Under the pieces are notes generated by a model. That model had not been told where the DNA came from. It searched no databases and was given only the letters and a program-made list of their open reading frames with translations. Position numbers and translations under genes: made by a program. A stretch of DNA of 64,000 bases, taken from contig NC_042999.1 of the NCBI RefSeq assembly GCF_006345805.1, positions 33,790,001 to 33,854,000 on the forward strand, in the 5' to 3' direction. This document shows positions 52,225-64,000 of the stretch, in pieces. Source of the stretch: Octopus sinensis. Its lineage: Eukaryota. The first letter of the stretch is position 1. Every line of letters starts with the position of its first letter.

Positions 52225-52642
52225 AGGCGCAGGAGTGGCTGTGTGGTAAGTAGCTTGTCTACCAAGCACATGGTTCCGGGTTCAGTCCCACAGCGAGGCA
52301 CCTTGGGCAAGTGTCTTCTGCTATAGCCCCGGGCTGACCAATGCTTTGTGAGTGGATTTGGTAGACGGGAACTGAAAGAAGCCTGTCGTATATATGTATA
52401 TATATATATATATGTGTGTGCGTATGTGTTTGTGTGTCTGTGTTTGTCCCCCTAGCATTGCTTGACAACCGATGCTGGTGTGTTTACGTCCCCCGTTACC
52501 TTAGCGGTTCGGCAAAAGAGACCAATAGAATAAGTACTGGGCTTACAGTAGAATAAGTCCCGGGGTCGAGTTGCTCGATTAAAGGTGGTGCTCCAGCATG
52601 GCCGCAGTCAAATGACTGAAACAAGTAAAAGAGTAAAAGAGT
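52225..52642 (+). mobile_element. Family B SINE, full length
   Basis: aggcgcaggagtggctgtgtggtaagtagcttg...gactgaaacaagtaaaagagtaaaagagt. Confidence 0.9.
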
Positions 52643-54019
52643 ATATGCACCCAAAAGACAAAGAAAGAGGTAGAGAGAAAAATAAGAAAGCATAGTGGGA
52701 AACAGAGCACATGAGAGGAGGAGGGATGCCCGTGGCTCATTTAGAGCGGAGTGGAGTCGACTAACGTAAAATGAAGTGCGGCATTCGCCTCGGGAAATCC
52801 TCTCGCGTACACGTATTGTGCTCAAACTCACAGAAGTATGTCAGAAGCATACGTAAAAAAGTCTTACAACGACGGTCTAATTTGTATACCTTCATTTCTG
52901 CTTCTTTCGCCATCATCACCTACAAATATCCACAATCAATCGTATTCTTGGAAAAATATAGCCGCTATCGATACACGAGTGGTTAACAAATTACTTACTC
53001 TATGCTACTTTGAACCGATTATGTTTCCGTCGCTGATAACGAATTTTTATCCAGCGTAACTGCTGATATCTCTCCATATTTTCCAGATCAGCATTTTCTC
53101 GTGCATTTTATGCATAATAAGCTTATTTGTAATTTATCCCCAAAATGATAATTTTTGTAATTGAATTTGTGTAGCTTTACATTCTATTATTATTGTTTAT
53201 ATAGTTTGTTATCATGTTTCCTTCTTTGCGTCTGTAAGTCTTACTGTAAGTCTTACTATTTCTCTCTCGCATATGTTTCCTCTATTGGCGCCTTATTTAA
53301 CCAATGCACAGCGACTAAGACGAGATTCTTAACAAGTGACTGCGCAAACTTCGCACACAATATGTTGTCTTTTATTTCTACCATTACTTTCTTCCTTATG
53401 ATAGATTTCATTTACTCACCTACACTTACAGCTCTCATTATTTGATTATATATAATACCTCCATAGACTGACAGCTTGGCTCTTCCAAAATTCCCCCTTT
53501 ATTTATTTGCCATTTTCCTTTTATTTTATATTTTCCATTTTCCCTTTCACTATGCTACTTTCTTTAAATCCCTTTACACATGATCAACATTATTTTTCCT
53601 AAGTTTTAATAACTCATCTTTCCTTTATCTTCTCCTTTCATTCCTCCTTATCTATTTCTTCCTTCGCCCTTTTACTTTTTATCTTTCTAGATGATATACA
53701 CACTTAATACCATGTTCTCTCTTTCTTCCTCTTAGATTTTTCTAATAAATTCTCCTTTATTCTTTCCGTCACACTTTTTCAGATTTCTTGAAATCACTAT
53801 AGTTGGACTTGTACTGCTTTCTTTGTATTTGCCACCTACACTGCATGACATGCTATACAGTTTAGAAATGCTAATGTATTACGATTCATTTGCATAGGGT
53901 GCAGTGATGCAGTATTTTCTTACAAATTTTACAACTAATTGCATAATATGCACCATATATACAATGCATCAAAGTAACAGCAAATGATGTATTGTATCTT
54001 GTAATATTATATAATGATG

Positions 54020-54417
54020 ATGGAAGCACTCCGTCGGTTACGACGACGAGGGTTCCGGTTGATCCGAATCAACGGAACAGGCTGCTCGTGAAATTAACGT
54101 GTAAGTGGCTGAGCACTCCACAGCCACGTGTATCCTTAGCGTAGTTCTCGGGGATATTCAGCGTGACACAGAGAGTGACAAGGCCGGCCCTTTGAAATAC
54201 AGGTACAACAGAAACAGGAAGTAAGAGTGAGAGAAAGTTGTGGTGAAAAGTTGTGGTGAAAGAGTACAGTAGGGATCACCACCATCCCCTGCGGGAGCCT
54301 CGTGGAGCTTTAGGTGTTTTCGCTCAATAGACACTCACAACGCCCGGTCTGGGAATCGAAACCGCGATCCTATGACCGCGAGTCCGCTGCCCTAACCACT
54401 GGGCCATTGCGCCTCCT
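54020..54417 (-). mobile_element. Family C2 SINE, full length
   Basis: Head ggaggcgcaatggcccagtggttagggcagcggactcgc is shared with C1; tail ends accgacggagtgcttccatc. Confidence 0.85.
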
Positions 54418-54874
54418 ATATAATGATATGAAGGGGGTGAGCTGCTAGAAATGTTGGCACAGCTGTAACAATGTTCAGCGGCATTTTTTCTGATTCCATG
54501 GGGTCGAATATGCGATTCGTTCTTTTCTAGATCGATAAAATGAATACTAGCTGAACACTGGTATCGATGCAATCGACCAGTAGATTCTCAGAGTTTTCAG
54601 GTCTTGTACTCATGGTACAAATGAATATCATACTCACAAACACACACACACACATATGTGTGTGAGAGTGTGTGTTCTGTATGCCTATAAATGTTGGTGC
54701 CTTGATATTCGCTCGGAAAGTGTCTGCTAGGCAATTGATTTTCTCTGGAGTTCCCGCAGTAACAGGAAGATTGGAACTTAAGAAAAACTAATTAGACAGT
54801 AACTATGTGCCAATGACTCTCTCACACTCACAAACACACACACACACAAACACACACATACACACACACACACA

Positions 54875-54940
<66 letters not shown>

Positions 54941-55036
54941 ACCGAGATCCAAGGACGAATATGTAGATAGATAGATAGATAGAGAAAAAGAGAGAGAGAG
55001 AGGGAGATAGGTAGATAGATAGATGGATAGATATGC

Positions 55037-55131
<95 letters not shown>

Positions 55132-55179
55132 CAGATAGATAGCTCGATAGATACACATGTATATACTTTTATTTTTTTT

Positions 55180-55593
55180 ACTTGTTCCAGTTATTTGACT
55201 GCTACCATCCTGGAGCACCATCTTAAAGGGGTTTAGGTGAAATCGCCCCAGGACTTATTCTTTGTAAGCATACGGTAACACAAGCACAGTAGGATCGGTT
55301 ATCAAGCAATGGTGGGCTGAAGAACAGACAAACCCAAACATACACCTCACGCGCACACACACAGACACAAACACACACACAAGCATATATATATATATAT
55401 ATACCTACATACAGCTGGCTTCTTTCAGCTCCTGTGTAACAAATCCACTCACAATATCTTAGTCGGCTCGAGGCTATAGTAGAAGACAGGTGTCTATGGT
55501 GCCTCATGAACATATGTGTATGTATATGCGTGCGAATGAATGTATATACATGTGTGTGCGTGTGGATATATGCCTTAGTATGTCTCGCTCTCA

Positions 55594-55625
<32 letters not shown>

Positions 55626-55898
55626 ATATATATATTTATATATATATATATATTCTTTTCTTTAATTCTTTTATTTCAGTTATTTCACTGCAGCCATGCT
55701 GGAGTATGACATTTAATTTAACAAATCAACCGCAATACTTATTCTTTGTAAGCCTAGAATTTGTTCTATCGGTCTGTTTTGCCGAACCGCACCTACCTCG
55801 TTTGCCAAGCGATGGCGGGGACACAAAGACAAACACGTAAATACATACATATGTGCATGTACGACGGCTATTTTAAGTTTCCGTCAACCAAATCCACT

Positions 55899-55900
<2 letters not shown>
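55180..55900 (-). mobile_element. Two degenerate family B SINEs
   Basis: ccagttatttgactgctaccatcctggagcacc and ttcagttatttcactgcagccatgctggag, each followed by body remnants. Confidence 0.7.
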
Positions 55901-55942
<42 letters not shown>

Positions 55943-56463
55943 TATATATGCTTGTATATATGTATCAATATATATATATATATATTTATATGCATGGGTC
56001 TGACTGTGTGCGTGTGTTTGCGGGTACATGTGTATGCACGTATGTGTCCGCGCGTTGAATCTTAAAGACAGCTAAGGACAATCGCATTGGTAACGAACAA
56101 TGAAGAATGACTCAACAGTACAAAGAAATGAAATAACAATTCCTTTAAAGACAATGACTTTAAGAGTACCAGAATCACCATCCTACTACAACTAAACATT
56201 CAAGGCAGTTTTCCAATGGTCCTTCAGCAACAGCACACGATGGTAAGCTCAGTGACTACTAATAAATTCAGGCCTCGACATCTAGGATTTTAAACTGACG
56301 GAGACATTAGTTACATGTCGCTTGAGGAGACACAACTAGACCTCATAATGTAGGGAAACAGTTGCATAATCAACTACCCGCACAGCTGGAGAACTACGTA
56401 ATTAAAACAGGAAAAGTCCGACCGTATCCCTTCTTGTTGACTCCAATATCTTTCAATTATATA

Positions 56464-56512
<49 letters not shown>

Positions 56513-57679
56513 AAAAAGGCACTCATATGCCTCATGTTTGTCTTACACTACTGTAAGGAGAGATCTTTTACTGTCATTTATTTCAAGCATTTGCTATGTA
56601 AATAAACCTGTTGTCCCTTCATGAATTCAATACGATGTTGCTCGGCGCAACATTTGAATTTATATTATCCATATAACGATTTTTAGATAGAATTCTATAT
56701 TTTCCTCTTCAACATTACACTCGTCTCTGGCATTTTTAACCCGGTATTGCTCCAATAATTATTTCTTGATTCAAGATTGTATGACTGAAACATAAAGTGA
56801 AAAACTTTTGTGCGCCTTCATAACCCATAACCTTTTAGAAATGGTAATTGATGAACAACACATTAAACTATTTTAAAACGAAAAATAATCGCTCATCACA
56901 TCAAAATATATATTGTTAAACGCATAACTTGTTGAATCCTCTGCTGTGCTCCCCATGCTGCATTTAATAGGATATTATTTTTTTCTAAAAATTACTGAAC
57001 ATACTGACATTGGTTCATAGAATATTGAAGCATATACCATGTTGAGAATGTTTTCAGGAATTATAAGTTATTTTCACTAAGAACATAACAAAAGAAATCT
57101 ACATAGCTGGACATATCATTAAACCCTCTGATAAATATATATTCCTGATATCAAAATTGGAATGGAATAAATTTAATTAGTAAATAGACACACTGAAGCT
57201 GCACTGTGATAAAGAGTGACACTGCCGTTTTAGGTTAAGACACTTGAAGCGACACTTCAAGAAGTACTGAGGAACAAATGACGCTAATAGTATAATACAA
57301 TAGGGAACCATCTCTACTGAGTAGTGCGCGTCTATGAAGGGAGGGAAGACGTCACTGCCTATCATATTTAAATAAAAGCCAAGGATACGCGGCATTTACT
57401 CCAATAAAATCATTATCATTATACTATTTAAAAGTCAGATTGTATCAGTCATAAGAGTATATATATCTAGTTAAACCATCCTCGTCGCTCACCAACAGAA
57501 AAATGCTCGTTATTTTTGTTAGAACCATGTGTGATCTAAGCCGACATTTCCACGAAAAGAGACATTCCAACTCCATCTCATTTTATTTTAAAAACTGTAT
57601 GGTGAACTGTCTTGTTCTGAAAATATGCGTATTATTTCACTGTTGCCATTTATTTTCATCGATAAATAGATACATATCT

Positions 57680-57721
57680 AAATAGATAGATAGATAGTTA
57701 GATAGATAGATAGATAGATAT

Positions 57722-57790
<69 letters not shown>

Positions 57791-57817
57791 GAGATGGATT
57801 GATGGATGCATGCAGGA

Positions 57818-57912
<95 letters not shown>

Positions 57913-57915
57913 TAC
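57680..57915. repeat. (GATA)n microsatellite
   Basis: Directly visible. Confidence 0.95.
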
Positions 57916-58885
57916 ACTGTGTGCCCAAGAACCATTTTGAGGTTTTCTCAGCGGATAAAGATAATTGAATAAGTTACTATTTTTTGGTTTTACTTTTAAA
58001 CTTGCTTTAATTATTGAACTCCTCTCACGCTAAATCACATCTTCGAAAGATTAAGTCGATTAAATCAGCTCAGTAATTGCACGTTTAATGAGTTCCTGCA
58101 GCATTACTAAGTTACCGAAAGTTAAAAATCCAATACCGCTTTCAAGTAGTGAGAGCATATATATATACAAACGATGAAATTCCATGTAGTTTCGTCAACC
58201 AAATTCATTTATATATCATTGGCTTGTACGGTGCTATGATAGAAGGTAATTGCCCAAGGCCTTGCAAAGTTGGTTTGAACATGTATGTGTGTATATGTGT
58301 GTATGTGGGCGTGTGAGTGATTGTGTGTGTGTGTTTGTGCGTGTGAGTGACTGTGTGTGTGTGTTTGTGCGTGTGTGTATTTTTATATGTTATATATATT
58401 TATATATGTTATGTGCGTCTGTAAAACAGAAATACTTAGTGAGGGATTATCAATCCAGGCAAAATATTTTATAAGCTTCCTGTTAGTACACGAAGTTAAT
58501 AGTGTTGGTTAAGATAACAAAGGACTTGTGGCAGCATTCGTGCTTATAGTTAATCGCCATTGAACTTGTGGCAGCATTCGTGCTTATAGTTAATCGCCAT
58601 TCTATATTGTAAATCCATGATGGTGCACGTTATGATAGTTCTTACAGACAATGATATACAAGGCAAGTCATAAATAACGGCCATTACATATTTTTATTTA
58701 TTGTAGATAAGTGGATTTACAACTGCTTTCAGTAGTGAGTATACGTTCGTTATTGATAGCTTTACGTCCATCGATCAGTTTAGAATAATATAACTACCTG
58801 AAAGTTTAACTGTATTTTCGTCATAGACATTTCTAGCTATAACGCAGCATAACTCTTAGGGAATGCCCGTACCATTTCTGTAGTG

Positions 58886-59010
58886 TTCTGCTCGGTTATA
58901 TCCAGGAACGACTGATGAAAGTATCATTAATTCATTAGGTCATAAACATCGAAATTATAATGAATACTGGAAACACCTGTAATTTAAGATTGCAGGTAAA
59001 CCGAAACTCT
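58886..59010 (+). ncRNA. Hammerhead-like motif: core and stem II present, stem I unresolved
   Basis: CTGATGA 58912-18; long stem II agtatcattaatt/aattataatgaatact; GAAAC-ACCT-GTA 58970-81. Confidence 0.4.
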
Positions 59011-60753
59011 CAAAATTTCCTTGTTCAAAAGAGTAAGTAATGTACTCTGCGAAAAGTATTTGGCAATATGAATTTGCCTTTCTATATAATTTCCCATAAA
59101 CACAAACAGGAATATGTTCATATTTTATGTCTAGATAAAATTTCACGTTCTCTACAAGAACACCGCTTGGCGTTCGAGAGATTTTAGTGGAGTTCAGACC
59201 GTCGCATCGAACCAAAATCTGCGTGGCTGCAATAAGAAGTACTTTAGGACAGATACCATTAGTTTTCCGTGAGGCAAACCCAGGTTATAATTATTTCCGT
59301 GATATATCAAATGATTTTGTATTTCTTACTTTAAAGGATATGTGAATAAGAAAGGCCTCTTTAAACGATAAATCATTCACTTGTATAATATATTCCTGGA
59401 TCTATATGCCAATCATTGAATAATAGAGACGCGAAACTATTCTCCCCTATCTTTATAAACAAAATATATACAACATATGTACAAAATATGTACTCGACGA
59501 ACGTAAAGGCTAACACCTGACTGAAATCAATAAAGTCCTACAGGAACACCCTCCGGCAGAAAATACATTAAATTAATCTTAAACAGATGTAAACTATAAG
59601 CTATTTGAGAAACAAGTTCAAACCGAATTTGTACATGTTTCAAATATATTTGGACAGAAGCGAATACTTCATATGATTCGTGTCACCATAATAAAAAATA
59701 ACTCTGCATCAAAATGACAGTAATAAGGGATACTAATAGTGTTTAATTAAGAATAAAGCTAAGCACATTTATTAATATTGGAAACAGGAATATATAAGCT
59801 ATTTTAATCACAAAGGTATATTAATTCACGCTTATGTTTCAGTAACTGGAAACAAAATTGATTCATATGTTTGTGGGGAAAAGCAAAAGATATCTACACA
59901 GTTTGATAGAAGAGATTTATGTGTGTAGGAAATTGTAAATAGCAAATAGATTCGGAGTAAAACAGGAATAAATTAATTCAACGAACACAATAGATGATTC
60001 TACAAGCGCTACTTTAAAGTAACTATAAACATGAGCAACTCTAATCGATTTGTTTTAAAATATTTTAACACTTCATCATGAGTTTGGCAATTGGGAGCAT
60101 GGTATTGTTGTTAAGCAGCAACAATTTGGAGAAATGAAAGTAAAGAAAACTCTCAGTGAGTTATGTTAGATATAAAGTAGGCGAGATACAAATCAAATGA
60201 ACTACCATGAGATATTATTAAGTAGAGAGGAGTAAATAACATTGCAAGTTCAGTAAGATAGTTTAGATCGTGGAAATATTTGTTAGTGGTAATATATTAC
60301 CGTCCTCCGGCGGGACTGTTTGCCTTTTTTGTGAAACCATCAAGAGATTCTATGTGGCCACACAAAACAACAGCAGTAATTCAATTTATTGTTCACATGG
60401 ATACTGCAGAGGTATACACCGAGAGAATGCATATGCAACAACATAATACGCTGTAAAAAAATATACAAGTTGGTGTTCCTTTTATTAGACTATTGCGAAA
60501 CACCATTAGAGATCGAGGTTTTGTGTACAAAAGTGTGTAAATGTGTATGGAATCGTACAATAGACACTAAAAACAAATAGAAATTCACACGTCTATACAC
60601 TGGTATACTAACAGACACAGGTACAACTACACACACAAATACAAACGTACATATACAATGCATATAACATACATCTATGTACTTGTGAGTCTATATATTT
60701 ATTTATTCATTTAGTTAATTAGAACGATGGATAGGTAATTAGATAGATAGATC

Positions 60754-60805
<52 letters not shown>

Positions 60806-61309
60806 TATAAACAGAGCTATGGACAGATTAGATAGCTAGCTGAAGAGATAGATAGATAACTAAATAAATAAATAGATAGACAGATGGGCAGAGAGATGCA
60901 TACATACATACATACATACATACATACATACATACATACATACATACATACATACATACATACATACATACATACATACATACATAGTGGATTGTTTGTG
61001 TTACACTAGTGTAATTGCAAGTAACCGAATCAGAATTTGAATACATAATTAAACAGAATAATAGATTTTAAGCTGGTTTGGTGTGACATTATATTCCAAA
61101 ACTCCAAGTTGTAAGTCATCACGCGACTGATTTGAAATTTGTAAACCATAGTTATTATATTTTGCTTGGCATTAATCACTTTCTAATAGTGGACTAAACT
61201 GCGCAAAACGCAAATACATAGTGGGACATCTGGCATTTTAAAACAAATGAAAAGGTATAAATATACAGAAATAAAACATTTCTAAATACGTTTTCTTTTT
61301 GAAATTGCA

Positions 61310-61480
61310 TGACTGTGCAGTAAGACGTTTGATTCTCAACCATATTGTTCGAATTCAGTCTTTCTGCGGGACCTTTTGGGCTAACATCTTGTACAATAGC
61401 CTCGGGCCGCCAAAATCTATGTGACTGGATTTGATTGGCAGTTAAAAGAACATAGAAAACGCCCGTCACCGACACAAGAG
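61310..61480 (+). mobile_element. Degenerate family B SINE head
   Basis: gactgtgcagtaagacgtttg...accttttgggctaacatcttgtacaatagcctcgggccg. Confidence 0.6.
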
Positions 61481-61499
61481 AGACACACACAGACACGCA

Positions 61500-61539
<40 letters not shown>

Positions 61540-61541
<2 letters not shown>

Positions 61542-61850
61542 CGTGATCACCGTGAACGCCCAGGCTATCAGATGTTGCTACATATCGCTGGTCACAATGC
61601 GCTTTGCATTGTTTTAGCCTTCAAATAACGCCACCCCGCTGGCTAAGCGAGCAGGCCAACAGAAGAAAGAGTGAGAGAAAGTTGTGGCGAAAGAGTTCAG
61701 AGGGATCTCCACCACGCCCTGCCGGAGCCTCGTGGAGCTTTTTAGGTGTTTTTGCTCAATAAACACTCACAACGCCCGGTCTGCGAATTGAAACCATGAT
61801 CCTACAACCGCGAGTCCGCTTCCCTAACCACTGGGCCATTGCGTCTCCAC
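61540..61850 (-). mobile_element. Family C1 SINE, full length
   Basis: Reverse complement of 7490-7780. Confidence 0.9.
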
Positions 61851-62149
61851 ACACACACACACACACACATACATATATACATATATATATATCCCTGTTT
61901 CGTATACATTCGATCCTTTTTCCAAGAAATCTAATGCTCGTAGCTTAGCTTTTCCTTGGAGCTGGCCGGATCGGAGCGATCTCAAGATTAATCAGCCGAA
62001 ATTGCTAGGATGATCCGGTTCTTGACTGAAGATTGAAGGCTTCGAATGTCCCGTCCGTGTCTTTTGTATCGTCTTCTAAATGTTTTATGTTCTTGTCCCA
62101 GTTTGTATTTTTCTACATATAATATATATATATATATGAGGAGAGAGAG

Positions 62150-64000
62150 AGAGAGAGGTTATGAGAGGCAATAGTGTCAATAAGACCCAAAGGTGTCAGA
62201 TAATGCTGAGTAAGTGCTATGGACACACTATAGTTAAGGTCCAAGTTCGGTGATTATGCGAATAAGGAGTCCAACGTAGGTCATATATCAGCATGTGTAT
62301 ATATAAAAAAAATCAGAGCGAGATAAAAATCAAAGGCTGCGAAAGATTTCATAACATATATAAATAGAATGTCTTACAGCTCTCTCGGGGATATTTTATA
62401 TATCCCTTCACCGGGGATGATGTGAGAAGATGGTTAAGCAATAGTTATTCTAGGTAAGATATGAAATATAGAGTGAAGTGAAGGAATGAAAATATACGTG
62501 AGATATGCAGGGATAGTGCAACTGTAGTTCCATTATTTAGAAAGAATGGTACACATATAAGATTCCAGTAACTTGTAAGTAAGTTCCAATAGTATTTAAA
62601 ATTGGTCATTCCAAGGATAGTGTTTGTACACAGTGTTATTGAATGGAATGTTTTATTTAAACTGACTTAAAATTTAGGAATGTATTTGCCAGGTCAAATC
62701 AAAAACAGGAAGAGAGGAATATAGAAAAGAAGAAAAAAAATGAAAAGTGGGGAGAGAGATAAAAAAGAAATGAAGAGAAGGAAAGTGTACATTTATTGAT
62801 CAGTCCAGATAAATTGATAGAAGGAATCGGGAGGTGAGGGTGATAGAGAGAGAAAGACCTGAGAGTGGAAAGAGATGATAGGGTAAAGAGTAAAGGAGTG
62901 TCAGGCAGAAGGAATGGGGTGAGGATGATAGAGAGAGAAAGGTATGAGAGTCTAAAGAGTAAAGGAGTGTCAGGTACGTAGTGATAGAGCATAGTGATAG
63001 AGGAGGTAGGAGTAATAAGTGTGAACACTTGTTTGACATTTGGTTTATGGTTTGGTATTAAACTCTCGTTATGCAATCTTATGTTCTTATATGGAAAATT
63101 AAAAGAAATGAAATAAGTACATACGGTAATACTGAAAATAAAATACGTTCTGAGGGGGAAAGAATGTGCAGGAAGAGTAAAAGTCTAAATTCAGGCAGAA
63201 CACTTTCTCTCTGAGAGAGGGATTGCCCCAAAAGTAGATTGCTGCTCTTCACATCATAACATATCTTGCATTTTTAAATAACTTTCGTAAACTTGTATAC
63301 ATCTTGGTTTGTTATTTACAATTTCCTGTTCTATAATCGCACGAACTGAAGCACAACTACATTACACGACCATATATATTTATGCGTGCGCGTGTGTGTT
63401 CGTGAGTTTGTCAGTGCGTACGTGCGTTAGAATTTCAAACAGCATTGATTGACTGTAACGGACAATTCCTTATCAATTTTGCAATTAGTTGATAAACGTA
63501 TAACTCCGAGATACAGAATTATCGAAAATATTTCATGAAAATATTGGAAAATTAGAAATGAACTTGAAAAATATTGATAATAAAGTATTTGATGAGGTAT
63601 TATTTTTATTTTTCCAATTGACTTAATTGCTGTTTTTAATTAGCTTTAATTGCACATAATTATCTTATAAGGGATTTCATCCATACCGATATCAAGCTGT
63701 TCTCACGCACGTACTTTAAGAGACATTTTAGTTTGATGCTATTTCTATCAGATAATACTATCTATAAGAGAGAGAGGTTATGAGAGGTAATATTGTCAAT
63801 CAGACCCAAAGGTATCAGGTAATGCTGAGTAAGTACTATGGACACACTATAGTTAAGGTCCAAGTTCGGTGATTATGCGGATGAGGAGTGCAACATAGCC
63901 ATATATCAGCAAGTATATATATAAAAAAATTTCAGAACGAGATAAAAATCAAAGGCTGCGAACGACATCATAACATTTATAAATAGAATGGCTTACAGCT
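62150..64000 (-). repeat. Direct repeat pair (62150-62381 and 63769-64000, period 1619), pLTR-like, with a degenerate HHR
   Basis: Two ~230-bp copies align directly. Minus strand CCGGTGA-A-GGGATAT/ATATCCC-C-GAGAG-AGCT-GTA at 62414-62375. Confidence 0.7.

Noticed and set aside
61990-62060. CTGAAGA...GAATGTC as a hammerhead
   Set aside because: No stem I or II pairing, and GAAA is not intact.

Overview
AT-rich, microsatellite-dense eukaryotic DNA. The tRNA-derived SINE families, LINE types and base composition point to an octopus-like coleoid cephalopod (inference). No protein-coding gene can be assigned with confidence; the window looks intronic or intergenic. It holds three or four SINE families (about 30 copies), decayed non-LTR elements (RTE, RTE-BovB, R4/Dong, CR1, Penelope-like RT), six Tc1/mariner remnants, MITEs and two non-autonomous Helitron-like elements. 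The main finding is a set of long foldback (inverted-repeat) elements carrying type I hammerhead ribozyme (HHR) motifs of the minimal kind known from Penelope-like elements (PLEs). The youngest (6869-7409; 227-bp arms, 1 mismatch) has a complete HHR on each strand. An intact HHR sits at 27040-27133, at the edge of a ~1.6-kb nested palindrome. A near-intact HHR sits at 17488-17575, and decayed copies lie at ~7960/8600, ~25790/26800, ~41770, ~58910 and ~62400. All alignments and folds were done by eye, and repeat boundaries are approximate.
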